Source: an uncultured Candidatus Binatia bacterium (GTDB taxonomy: Bacteria > Desulfobacterota > Binatia > Bin18). From it: a stretch of 64,000 bases of DNA. Below the pieces are notes generated by a model, which saw nothing but the letters and a program-made list of their open reading frames with translations, was not told the DNA's origin and made no database searches. The DNA lies in the NCBI GenBank assembly GCA_965242795.1, contig OZ251505.1, positions 3,265,587 through 3,329,586 of the forward strand. The letters are read 5' to 3'. Positions 37,480 through 46,584 of this stretch are shown here, one piece after another (position 1 is the stretch's first letter; each line of letters begins with the position of its first letter). Both the position numbers and the translations under genes were made by a program.

Positions 37480-39642
37480 TTATCCTTTCTCCATCAAGAG
37501 GGTTCGCAGTTTGGCCCGTTTGTTCCCGTCTAGGTCCTCAATATGAACATCACCCGATTCGATGTCTGCAATTAAATTGGCTAGGCTTCTTTCGTGGCTT
37601 TTCAATCGCTTGCGACCCTGCATTGTCATATCTCGATGAATGATCCACAACTTGTTACGTTGTTCTTTCGTAGGGTAGACGAATTGCAACTCGAAATCTT
37701 GTCGTCTTAGCTTCTGGTATTCTTCTTCAAGTTTCTTCATGTTATTACCGACACCGAGAACACGGACCCATGCTTTGCTTCGGGTTACGGCTGTAAAGAG
37801 ACGGTTCCGAATACTCGCTAAGTTCCACGCCGTTGAGTGACAGTCTTGTGCGTTGATGATATAAACCATTCCGGCTTCATTACCTTTAGCGCGATATATT
37901 CCGGTGAATGTCACAGAGGTCGAATCTGGCTGGAAAAAAACGTCTGCGGGGGTGTCGACTCCAGCGAGGTGGGAATCGATGCCCATTTCCAATAAGCGTC
38001 TACGTATTGGCCCAACATTTTGCCGGGTCGTAAGGGGATCAGGGTTGATGACAATTATGTCGTCATGTTTGAGTTCGTCGTTCTGAAGGTTGTTCCTGAT
38101 TTCGTTAGCCAACCATTCAGCCTGGGACTCATCATCGTCGAATTTTTTGAATAGGACAAGGTCGTCAACAGGGGAATGGTTTTCGAGGAATGCTGGGCTT
38201 GAATCTGTCGTCCTGTGAAGAATAATGTGCGACCCTTCCCTTAACTCTCCCGCTTTGTTGTAGTAGCCGACATCTTCCCATAGCTGCGGATGTTCAAACA
38301 TCTGGATGAGACCTGTCTCACTTAAATCTGATGGTTCCCGATATATGCCAAATCCGAGCGCATGTGCTGTTACAAGAACAGGACGTGAGTTACGGTAACA
38401 CTTTTTCAGAATGATATCGCATTGTGGCTCATCGCTTCCCGCATCATTGAATCTCACTTTGGGGGACCCGTCAGCCTTTTTCCCAAAGATTTCTTCCGGT
38501 GAGGATAAGGACTCTCCAGAGAGGCTCTGCAACTCATCGTAAGCATAAACCAGTCTTTTGGGGTATTTTAGCAATTCGTAACAGAGTCGCAGAAACATGG
38601 GGGAAAAGTCCTGTGCCTCGTCTAGGAGAACTGCGTCGTAGAGATGCTTGCTTTGATGGACTTGATTAAGCGCGTGTTCGCATGCCCCGGAAAATTCCTT
38701 TTCCCTACCGAACTTATCTCTCGCCGCTCCGAAATCGAAGTAGTCAATGTCATGTTGGCGACAAAATTCGTAATAAATTCCGTCACGTTCGCTGCTACCA
38801 GGAGCTCCCCACGCGGTGACGATTCGTAGAATATTCCAGTCAGGCTCCTCGCCCGTTTGTTCTATGGAAAATTTATTTATCAGACGACGAAAATGTCCCT
38901 TCAGCGAACGAGTATTGAATGTGACAGCTATACGCCATTCAGGATGTTGTGCGTGGAGATAGGCTGCTTTCAGTGCTAAGATGATAGTCTTACCCGAACC
39001 TGCTAAGCCGCGGATGCGCTGTACTCCTTCGACTGTTTCGATAACCGCCCGGATTTGTCTATTATCGAGCGTAGAGATCGAATTTTCAAGTTCTTTGAGT
39101 CTGTAGCCTCGAGAGTTGTTTTTTGTAGTGGTCCGGCCGAGCTTATTTTTTCTAATCGTAGAAACACTTTCGATTACGGACAGCGATTTCTCGTATATTT
39201 CTTTGCTTGAATTCTCCCATCTCAAATTCTCTAGCTCGTGGATAAGGGAACGAGAATTGGCGAGGGGGTAGCTGCATTCCGAGGATAGATTCAATTTACT
39301 AATTCCCGGCGCAAACGAAATCGTATGGACCGGGATAAGGAGCTTTCTTTGTAGCATTAATTCTCGATGAGTTTTAAGTCGCCCTTCAAGCTTGTTGGCA
39401 GAGTCATCTTGTCGAAATTGGTAATCTCCGGCCTCAGACCCCTCTATCAGGTCAAATAGAACGATTCCTTTGTCTGCAGACACAAAGATCGCGTCAATTA
39501 GATGGCGTCCTTCGGACGTGTTGATGATTGGATATCCGATGAACAACTGGCCCGCTAAAGCAGTCTGAGAGGAAAACATTTCAACCAGAAACTGACTAGA
39601 AGCAGGCTTCTGATTGGTTCCTTGAACTATGTTTATGCTCAT
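37480..39642 (-). CDS. NERD-domain / superfamily-1 (UvrD/Dna2-like) helicase, 720 aa
   Basis: N-terminal NERD-like segment (…GYPIINTSEGRHLIDAIFVSADKGIVLFDLIEG…). Walker A IRGLAGSGKT, motif II VLLDEAQDF, motif VI-like TAVTRSKAW. ~45% GC. Confidence 0.8.
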   Translation of the reverse strand: MSINIVQGTNQKPASSQFLVEMFSSQTALAGQLFIGYPIINTSEGRHLIDAIFVSADKGIVLFDLIEGSEAGDYQFRQDDSANKLEGRLKTHRELMLQRKLLIPVHTISFAPGISKLNLSSECSYPLANSRSLIHELENLRWENSSKEIYEKSLSVIESVSTIRKNKLGRTTTKNNSRGYRLKELENSISTLDNRQIRAVIETVEGVQRIRGLAGSGKTIILALKAAYLHAQHPEWRIAVTFNTRSLKGHFRRLINKFSIEQTGEEPDWNILRIVTAWGAPGSSERDGIYYEFCRQHDIDYFDFGAARDKFGREKEFSGACEHALNQVHQSKHLYDAVLLDEAQDFSPMFLRLCYELLKYPKRLVYAYDELQSLSGESLSSPEEIFGKKADGSPKVRFNDAGSDEPQCDIILKKCYRNSRPVLVTAHALGFGIYREPSDLSETGLIQMFEHPQLWEDVGYYNKAGELREGSHIILHRTTDSSPAFLENHSPVDDLVLFKKFDDDESQAEWLANEIRNNLQNDELKHDDIIVINPDPLTTRQNVGPIRRRLLEMGIDSHLAGVDTPADVFFQPDSTSVTFTGIYRAKGNEAGMVYIINAQDCHSTAWNLASIRNRLFTAVTRSKAWVRVLGVGNNMKKLEEEYQKLRRQDFELQFVYPTKEQRNKLWIIHRDMTMQGRKRLKSHERSLANLIADIESGDVHIEDLDGNKRAKLRTLLMEKG

Positions 39643-39662
39643 AGGCGGCTCCTTTTATTGTC

Positions 39663-41627
39663 CTAGCTTTTATCGCCTGATGGTTCATGGACATCCCTCT
39701 CGAGATTTGAAACTGGATATTCTAACTCATCTGAAATAAGTCTCAGTAGCAACGTATCTCGTACTGAAGTTAATGTGCAAATTTCCTTCTCGTGTAACAA
39801 AATCGTTTTATGGATTGGATGGCTCATCTTCTCAAACCATCTTATTAGATTTGATCCCGGATTCAAAATGGACAAATTACTAAAGGTGGACTTGTTCATA
39901 TTCCCAAATACAGACCCTCCACTTCCTCCCGCTAGGACCTCGGCCGATAAGCCTCTACATGCCCAATACAAATATTTGATCATCCGCCTGTCATTAGGAA
40001 CTATACTGTTGATTTGCTGGTTAGTGTGAGTCTCTCTATGGTTGATGACTACAAGCCCGGGTGTAGCTATGCAACTCATCGACATACTACCTGGGGGCAA
40101 GGCTTTCGTAGGCTGAGATGAAGCGCCTGCGTATGAAAGCATAGTGTGGGTGTGCATTACATATATCCTTTTATGCATATCAGGGATTTTCAAGAATGGG
40201 ACGTCCGCTCCGTAGAAGGCCGGATTGTGTGTATCTGGGGTTTTTCCAGTAACTATTGTTCCAAACTCTTTCAATTTCTTCAAGGCCCATCTTCTTGGGA
40301 TCGGACCGACAGCAGATTTCTCGAACCCATCCGGGAACAGGGCCACAACCTCCGGGTCCATCCCGTCGAGATAGGCACGGGCGCGTTCGACCGTCCACGC
40401 CGTGGTTCCCTTCCTATCATTCCCCCCTTGAGGGGGAGTCGCAGTCGCCAAGCCTTCAGGCGCCGGCGACTGCGGTGGGGGGTCCCCCGCTACCGCCTCG
40501 TACACCCGCTCCAACACCCCGAAACAGTTCTCGAAGACCTCCGTATTCCAGAAGCGGAGCACGCGGTAGCCCCGCGCCCGGAGAAAGGCGTCGCGCTTCT
40601 CGTCCCGGCTCGTCTGTTCCGCATGCTGGCCGCCGTCGAGTTCGATGAGCACCTTGCGGGACAGACAGGCGAAATCGACGATGTACGGACCGATGGGTTG
40701 TTGGCGGCGGAACCGGTAGCTGCCGAGTTGTTTGTTGCGGAGGTAGTGCCAGAGGAGTCCTTCGGCGTCGGTGCGGTTGCGGCGGAGGGCGCGGGCGGCG
40801 GTCAAGGCGCGACGGGAGTAGCCGCGGCGGACGACCCCCCACCGGCTCGACTGCGGGCTGCGCCCTTGTCTCGCCGACTCCCCCTCAAGGGGGGAGTGAT
40901 GAGACGGGGAAACCGGCGGGGAGGAGAGTCTCCCATGGGCCGTGGCCGTTTCGTCTCCTGCTTGCAACGGGGAGTGATGGGATGAGGCACGGCGCTTGAG
41001 GGCGGCTTTGGCGTGGACGGGGTCGAAATCGACGAACCAGGACTTGAACAGCGCCCGCGCCATATCCTCCAGCGTGGCGTTCAGGCGGCGGTTCAGGGCG
41101 ATCTTGTCGTCCAGCGTGCCGAGGACGTGGGCGATGCGGTGTTGCTCCGGGAGCGGCGGCAGCCGGAGTTCCAGCCGCGCGATGTCGTCGGGCCGGATGG
41201 ACGGATAGGCGGAGACGCTGTGCTCGGCGATGGTGTGCAGCCGCTCGACGACATGGCCTTGCGCCAGAAACCAGTAGAGGAAGTCCGTATGTGCCACGCC
41301 GGCCTTGCCCCGGATGACGGCGAAGGCGGTCGAGACCAGCAGATTGTCCGGCGGGTCTTTCAGCAGGCCGAAGTGGCGCTGGTCCGGGCGCACGGTCGAA
41401 TACACGATGTCGCCCGGCTGCACCTTGCGGCGCGCCCGACTCGGAATCTTGTCGGTCCCCGGCACCAGGCGGCGGATGGTACCAACGCGATTGTCGGTGA
41501 CGTTGCCGGTATCGAGATAGTGGATGAACGGCCACGCCTCTTTCGGCGAATACGTGGCGTCGTTGATGACCGCGCAGTCGCCCAGGGTCACGGTGCGCCA
41601 CTGAACCGTATTCGATACGGAAGCCAT
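39663..41627 (-). CDS. hsdS: Type I restriction-modification specificity subunit HsdS with an in-frame ~200-aa DUF559 (Vsr-like endonuclease) insertion in the central conserved region; low-GC TRD2
   Basis: TRD1 plus central conserved helix (…LPPLPEQHRIAHVLGTLDDKIALNRRLNATLEDMARALFKSWFVDFDPV…). Then the insert with a DUF559 core (…LLWHYLRNKQLGSYRFRRQQPIGPYIVDFACLSRKVLIELDGGQHAEQTSRDEKRDAFLRARGYRVLRFWNTEVFEN…). Then resumption (…ARAYLDG…) and TRD2. 654 aa versus ~400-450 typical. Confidence 0.8.
   Translation of the reverse strand: MASVSNTVQWRTVTLGDCAVINDATYSPKEAWPFIHYLDTGNVTDNRVGTIRRLVPGTDKIPSRARRKVQPGDIVYSTVRPDQRHFGLLKDPPDNLLVSTAFAVIRGKAGVAHTDFLYWFLAQGHVVERLHTIAEHSVSAYPSIRPDDIARLELRLPPLPEQHRIAHVLGTLDDKIALNRRLNATLEDMARALFKSWFVDFDPVHAKAALKRRASSHHSPLQAGDETATAHGRLSSPPVSPSHHSPLEGESARQGRSPQSSRWGVVRRGYSRRALTAARALRRNRTDAEGLLWHYLRNKQLGSYRFRRQQPIGPYIVDFACLSRKVLIELDGGQHAEQTSRDEKRDAFLRARGYRVLRFWNTEVFENCFGVLERVYEAVAGDPPPQSPAPEGLATATPPQGGNDRKGTTAWTVERARAYLDGMDPEVVALFPDGFEKSAVGPIPRRWALKKLKEFGTIVTGKTPDTHNPAFYGADVPFLKIPDMHKRIYVMHTHTMLSYAGASSQPTKALPPGSMSMSCIATPGLVVINHRETHTNQQINSIVPNDRRMIKYLYWACRGLSAEVLAGGSGGSVFGNMNKSTFSNLSILNPGSNLIRWFEKMSHPIHKTILLHEKEICTLTSVRDTLLLRLISDELEYPVSNLERDVHEPSGDKS
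40414..40900 (-). mobile_element. Inverted-repeat-bounded DUF559 cassette inserted in-frame into hsdS (miniature selfish element candidate)
   Basis: tccccccttgagggggagt at 40414-40432 and its inverted counterpart gactccccctcaaggggggagtgat at 40868-40892 flank the DUF559-coding segment. The 5' flank carries the 62-bp GC-rich element also found at 30218-30283. The flanks translate as HSPL(Q/E)GE mini-repeats inside HsdS. Confidence 0.4.
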
Positions 41628-41969
41628 GTTGCGAACAATATCAGGGTCGCGGAGCTTTTCCTGGTATCCTTGCTAATGAGAATTACGGAGGGGCGCCAAG
41701 GCGTCCACGCTCTCCCTTTCTTTTCCCTTGGTCCCGAAATGCTCCAGGTGTCGGCCTTGCTAAGCGCGGATTCCTCCACGATTCAGACGCATTTTCACGA
41801 CGCGGAGGCTGGCGACCGTCACGTCGTCGGAGTCCTCTTCGTAGCCAGTGACGACGACGCGCCGGGCGTCCGGATGAGTCTCCAAAGCCCGGAGCAATTC
41901 CCTGACGGTCGTGGCGTTCTCTCCAACGTCCCTAACGCGGCTCCGTTCCGCGAAATCATCGGAAGCCCG

Positions 41970-42275
41970 CGTATCGGTCATCTGTGGCCGGCAAAAGAAT
42001 TTGTCGGCCATTTTTGGCGAAAAGTGGCCGGCAACGCGCGTTGTCGGTCATGGGTGGCCGATAGCGCCGTTCGTCTCGAAAGGGCGCCATCAATCCAGAC
42101 CGCCGGCGGCCGTGGCGTCGCAATCATACCCGTCTTCGCCATCCACGGCTCCGGCTCGATAGAGTTCCTTCCGTATCGGTCATCCATGACCATCAAAGGA
42201 ATTTGCCGGCCATTTTTTGCGGAAAGTGGCCGGCAACGCGCGTTGTCGGTCATGGGTGGCCGATAGCGCCGTTCC
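41970..42275. repeat. Two ~105-bp direct repeats (41970-42072 and 42171-42275), each containing reiterated tcggtcatNNgtggccggcaa sub-motifs; in the fic-hsdS intergenic region
   Basis: cgtatcggtcatctgtggccggcaaaagaatttgtcggccatttttggcgaaaagtggccggcaacgcgcgttgtcggtcatgggtggccgatagcgccgttc repeated with ~90% identity. Confidence 0.7.
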
Positions 42276-43374
42276 CGCCCTCCACGGTCTCGATGAGGTC
42301 GGAGAACGCGAGCACGGTCGTCCGGCGGCCTCTGCCGCGGCCGATGACGCTCAGAATGCCGCCCTCGCACAACGCGTCCACGAGGCGCCGCGCCGTTCTT
42401 GCCGGAATGCCGGCATCGGCAACGAAATGGGAACTGCGGAAGATCGGTCGCTCGAAAATCCAGTCCAATGCGCGGATGGCGTATCGGGAGCGCGTCAGAT
42501 TCGGCACGCGCCGCTTCATGTCGTCGTAGAGGGCGAGAATCCCCTTGGTCTTGACCAAGTTGTCTTCCGCCTGTGCCTGCACCGCTTCGAGGAAGAACCG
42601 ACACCAGCCGGTCCAGTCATCATCGCGTGAGACGCCCAGCAGTTGCTCATAGTAGATGTCCCGGTGCGCCTCGAAATAGGCGCTAATGTAGAACATGGGC
42701 CGTCCGATAATGCCGTGCTGCCACAAGAACAGGGGAATCAGCATCCGCCCGAGGCGGCCGTTACCGTCCAGAAATGGGTGCAGCGCCTCGAACTCGGCGT
42801 GGAGAATGGCGAGTTGCGTCAGCCGGTCGGGGGCGTCCCGGTGAACGTATCGCTCCCATCCGCTCATGGCACGGGTGAGCGTCTCGGCACCGGGAGGGAC
42901 GAATTTGGCTTGGTCGATGTCGCAGCCGGGCGGGCCGATCCAGTTGGGGACGCGCCGGTATCTCCCCGGGGACTTTCCTTTCCCGCGGACGCCGGACAGT
43001 AACACTTTGTGCACGCTGCGGAGGACGCGCTGGGAGAGCGGCAGCTTCTTCAGCATCTGCTCCGCTTGCCGCATGGCGGCCCGGTAATTGAGCACTTCAT
43101 GGATGTCGTCGCGGCGTTCGGGCGATTCCGCTTCCTGTCCGGCTTCGAACTCCATCACCTCGCCCATGGTGGCCTGCGTGCCCTCGATCCGTGAAGAAAG
43201 GACGGCCTCCCTGGTCGTCAGGGGCGCGAGCAGCACGTCGGGGTTCGGGACCGCGGAGAGCATCCCGTCGTACCGCGCGACCGCGCCGGCCGCCGGACCG
43301 ATCAGCGGGATCAGCGTCTGCCAGTCGAGACGCTCGGGCGGGAACTGCCCGGCGTGATAGTGGATGGGCGCCAT
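42250..43374 (-). CDS. fic: Fic/DOC-family protein (class II, N-terminal inhibitory helix) embedded between hsdM and hsdS
   Basis: FIC motif HPFLDGNGRLGR; alpha-inh-like motif SRIEGT near the N-terminus; 374 aa. The start ATG overlaps the hsdM stop (TGATG). Track ORF 42250..44319 is an over-extension. Confidence 0.85.
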   Translation of the reverse strand: MAPIHYHAGQFPPERLDWQTLIPLIGPAAGAVARYDGMLSAVPNPDVLLAPLTTREAVLSSRIEGTQATMGEVMEFEAGQEAESPERRDDIHEVLNYRAAMRQAEQMLKKLPLSQRVLRSVHKVLLSGVRGKGKSPGRYRRVPNWIGPPGCDIDQAKFVPPGAETLTRAMSGWERYVHRDAPDRLTQLAILHAEFEALHPFLDGNGRLGRMLIPLFLWQHGIIGRPMFYISAYFEAHRDIYYEQLLGVSRDDDWTGWCRFFLEAVQAQAEDNLVKTKGILALYDDMKRRVPNLTRSRYAIRALDWIFERPIFRSSHFVADAGIPARTARRLVDALCEGGILSVIGRGRGRRTTVLAFSDLIETVEGGNGAIGHP

Positions 43375-44963
43375 CAGTCCCCTCCGAATCCGAGGCGGCG
43401 CAGATTCTCCGCAATGGCGGCGTCCAGCTTCTTCGCCTCGGCCTGCTGGGCGCGGAGTTGCGCGGTGAGGCGGCGCATCTTGGCCTCGAACGACTCGCCG
43501 TCGTCCCGCGGGGCCGCCGCGCCGACGTAGCGGCCGGGGGTGAGCACGTGACCGTGGGCGCGGATGTCGTCCAGCGTAGTGCTTTTGCAGAAGCCGGGCG
43601 CGTCGACGTCCGTCCCCGTGCGCCACGCATGATAGGTATCGGCGATGCGGCCCACGTCGTCGGCTGCGAGTTCGCGGTGGGTGCGGTCCACCATGCGGCC
43701 CAGCTTGCGGGCGTCGATGAACAGCACGTGGCCGCGCCGCGGGCTGCGCGGGCGGTCGCGGGCGAGGAACCACAGGCAGGCCGGAATCTGGGTCGAGTAG
43801 AAGAGTTGGCCCGGCAGGGCGACGAGGCAGTCCACCACGTCGGCCTCGACCAGGCCGCGGCGGATGCTGCCCTCGCCGGCCTGGGTGGACGACATGGAGC
43901 CGTTGGCCAGCACGAACCCGGCCACGCCGGCGGGCGCCAGATGGTGCACGATGTGCTGTACCCAGGCGAAGTTGGCGTTGCCCTTGGGCGGCACGCCGTA
44001 GCGCCAGCGCGTGTCGTCGGCGAGCCGCTCGCCGCCCCAGTCGGAGACGTTGAAGGGCGGGTTGGCGAGGATGAAGTCGGCCTTGAGGTCGGGGTGGCGG
44101 TCGTCGTGGAAGCTGTCGCCCTGCGCGATCTGGCCGGCGATGCCGCGGATCGCGAGGTTCATCTGTGCGAGCCGCCACGTCGTATAGTTCGACTCCTGGC
44201 CGTAGATGGAGATGTCCGGCTTGGCGCCGCCGGGCATGCGCTCGCCATTGCCGTTGCCGGTCGCGTGCGCGTCGATGAAGGCGACCGACTGGACGAACAT
44301 GCCGGCCGAGCCGCAGCACGGGTCGTACACCCGGCCGCGGTAGGGCCGCAGCATCTCCACCAGGAGGGTGACCACGCAGCGTGGGGTGTAGAACTGGCCG
44401 CCCTTCTTGCCTTCGGCGCTGGCGAACTGCGACAGGAAGTATTCGTACACGCGGCCGAGCACGTCCTTGGACCGGGCGTCGGCGTCGCCCACGCGGACGT
44501 TGCCGACGAGGTCGATCAGCCGGCCGAGCTGCTGTTTGTCGAGGCCGGGGCGCGCGTAGTCCTTGGGCAGCACGTCCGCGAGCGCGGGGTTGTCGCGTTC
44601 GATGGCGGCCATAGCGTCATCCACGCGCCGGCCGACGTCGGGCTGCCGCGCCTGAGCCGCGAGATGCGGCCAGCGCGCCTCGGGCGGCACCCAGAAGACG
44701 TTCTGGGCGCGGTATTCGTCCGGGTCTTCCGGGTCGGCGCCCTCGGCCCGTTCGCCTTCGAGGCGGGCGTGCGTCTCGGCGAACGCGTCGGAGATGTACT
44801 TCAGGAAGATCAGGCCGAGGACGACGTGCTTGTATTCCGCGGCGTCCATACTGCCGCGCAACGCGTCGGCCATGCGCCACAGCTCGGCTTCGTAGCCGGT
44901 CGTGGCGCCGGACGGTGCGGCGTCGGTCTGCGGCGGGGTCTTCTTCGTGCGGGTACGGGCCAT
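43374..44963 (-). CDS. hsdM: Type I restriction-modification N6-adenine DNA methyltransferase subunit (HsdM)
   Basis: N-terminal HsdM_N helical domain (…[18 protein letters not shown]…). SAM motif I …[12 protein letters not shown]…, catalytic NPPF (…ILANPPFNV…). 529 aa. Confidence 0.9.
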   Translation of the reverse strand: MARTRTKKTPPQTDAAPSGATTGYEAELWRMADALRGSMDAAEYKHVVLGLIFLKYISDAFAETHARLEGERAEGADPEDPDEYRAQNVFWVPPEARWPHLAAQARQPDVGRRVDDAMAAIERDNPALADVLPKDYARPGLDKQQLGRLIDLVGNVRVGDADARSKDVLGRVYEYFLSQFASAEGKKGGQFYTPRCVVTLLVEMLRPYRGRVYDPCCGSAGMFVQSVAFIDAHATGNGNGERMPGGAKPDISIYGQESNYTTWRLAQMNLAIRGIAGQIAQGDSFHDDRHPDLKADFILANPPFNVSDWGGERLADDTRWRYGVPPKGNANFAWVQHIVHHLAPAGVAGFVLANGSMSSTQAGEGSIRRGLVEADVVDCLVALPGQLFYSTQIPACLWFLARDRPRSPRRGHVLFIDARKLGRMVDRTHRELAADDVGRIADTYHAWRTGTDVDAPGFCKSTTLDDIRAHGHVLTPGRYVGAAAPRDDGESFEAKMRRLTAQLRAQQAEAKKLDAAIAENLRRLGFGGD

Positions 44964-45046
44964 GCCGTGCTGCTTCCGTGCCGGTTACGCTGCTGCAGGT
45001 CCGCGGCCGTCCGCACACGACGGGAGCGCGGAGGCGGGATGGGCGG

Positions 45047-46258
45047 TCATGTTTTCAGCCATTCCCCGACGGGTTTCAACAGGAAGGTTCCGACATCGAT
45101 CCCGTCGCTACCGACGAGCAGTTTGCGCGTCGGCCGGAACGCCGCGGAAAAGGCCGCCATGCCGGCCCGCGTGTCCGCCGGGCGCCCGCTCTTGACCTCG
45201 ATGGCGATCAGTCGGTTGCCTGCGCGCACCACGAAATCGACCTCGCGGCTGCGTTCGCGCCAGTAATGGACCGTACAATCGCCGGCGACCGCGGCGTTGG
45301 CCAGATGGGCGCCGACCGCGGACTCGACCAGCCGCCCCCAGAACACGCGATCGGCGCGAGCCTCGGCCAGGGTCACCCCCGCCTGCGCGGTGATCAGCGC
45401 GGTGTTGAAGACCTGGAGCTTGGGGCTCGAAGCCCGCCGCCGGACCGCGGCGCCGGCGTATTTTTGCAAGCCGGTCAGCAGCCCGGCCCCGGCCAACAGG
45501 TCGAGATAATGCGCCAAGGTCGTGGTGTTGCCCGCCTCCTGAAGCTGCCCCTGCATCTTGGTGTAGGAGAGAATCTGTCCGGAGTAGGCGCACCCCAACT
45601 CCAGCAGCCGGCGCAGCAAGGCGGGCTTGTCCACGCGCGAGAGCAGTAGCACGTCGCGGGAAACGACGGGTTCGATGAGCGCGTCCCGGACGTAGCGCGC
45701 CCAGCGGGGCGGCTGCCGGATCAGTGGCGCCGCCCCGGGATAGGCCCCGTAGAAGAGATATTGATCCAGTGACCAGTCGAAGGCTTCCCGCATTTCGGCG
45801 AAACTCCAATGGGGCAGCCGCAACACCTCGAACCGCCCGGCCAAGCTCTCGCCCAAGCCGCGCTCGACGAGCAGCGGCGCCGAGCCGAGCAGGACGACTT
45901 TGAGCGGTACGCCGGTGCGCGTGTCCGCGTCCCACAGCCGTTTGACGGTCTCGGACCAGCCCGTCACCTTCTGCACTTCGTCCAGCACCAGCAGCGCGCC
46001 GTTCGCGTCCGCCTCGTGGGTGAGGTTGCGCCCGGCTTCCCACTGTTGTTCGACCCACTCGGTGCCGCGCAAGGTCGGCTCGTCCGCGCTGGCCGTATGC
46101 GTCGGCAGGTCGGACCGCCGTACGGCATCTGCCACCAGGGTGGTCTTGCCGACCTGTCGCGCGCCGGCCACGACGTGAATGAAGCGTCGCGGCTCGGCCA
46201 GCCGATGGACGAGTTCCCGAACTTGAGGACGAGAATAGGACGACGATTTACTCAACAT
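45047..46258 (-). CDS. AAA+ ATPase, DUF4143 family (paralogue of the gene at 1-1073)
   Basis: Walker A GARQVGKTT, Walker B …LLVLDEVQ…, DUF4143-like C-terminus; 403 aa. Confidence 0.8.
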   Translation of the reverse strand: MLSKSSSYSRPQVRELVHRLAEPRRFIHVVAGARQVGKTTLVADAVRRSDLPTHTASADEPTLRGTEWVEQQWEAGRNLTHEADANGALLVLDEVQKVTGWSETVKRLWDADTRTGVPLKVVLLGSAPLLVERGLGESLAGRFEVLRLPHWSFAEMREAFDWSLDQYLFYGAYPGAAPLIRQPPRWARYVRDALIEPVVSRDVLLLSRVDKPALLRRLLELGCAYSGQILSYTKMQGQLQEAGNTTTLAHYLDLLAGAGLLTGLQKYAGAAVRRRASSPKLQVFNTALITAQAGVTLAEARADRVFWGRLVESAVGAHLANAAVAGDCTVHYWRERSREVDFVVRAGNRLIAIEVKSGRPADTRAGMAAFSAAFRPTRKLLVGSDGIDVGTFLLKPVGEWLKT

Positions 46259-46289
46259 AATGAGTAATTTTACTCAATACATTGAGTAA

Positions 46290-46440
46290 AACAACCCAAT
46301 CGGAGAGGGGACTTTGCTCCTTCTCTTTCTCCCCTCGTTCCCTCCGATCACCTTTCTCCCTTCCACCTTTCGACACCCTTCGACAGGCTCAGGGACCGAG
46401 CTCAAGGAACCGCAAGATCAGGGACTACCGAGGGCGGGTT
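46290..46440. repeat. Dispersed repeat family ('PFDKLR' element), copy 3
   Basis: …ctttcgacacccttcgacaggctcagggaccgagctcaaggaaccgcaagatcagggac… related to 15340-15410. Confidence 0.5.
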
Positions 46441-46584
46441 AGAGCCTGCCCCGGACGTGGACCGGGGGAGGGCACCGAGGGATCAAAAGGAAATCCCATA
46501 TTACAGGGGTCCCCGTGCCCGTTACGACATCCTTCCCCAGACATGTCCGCGGGGAACGGACATGCCCGCCGAGACAGTGGCGGG

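Noticed and set aside
41760-42011. 83-aa minus-strand ORF between hsdS and fic
   Set aside because: Its 5' end is encoded by one copy of the 105-bp direct repeat (the second copy gives a mirror ORF on the + strand). No RBS and no motif; probably a repeat-derived artefact, though a small regulator cannot be excluded.
42250-45266. ORFs 42250..44319 (-, 689 aa) and 43191..45266 (+, 691 aa)
   Set aside because: The first is the Fic gene spuriously extended upstream through hsdM in a wrong frame. The second is antisense to hsdM. The real genes are fic 42250..43374 and hsdM 43374..44963.
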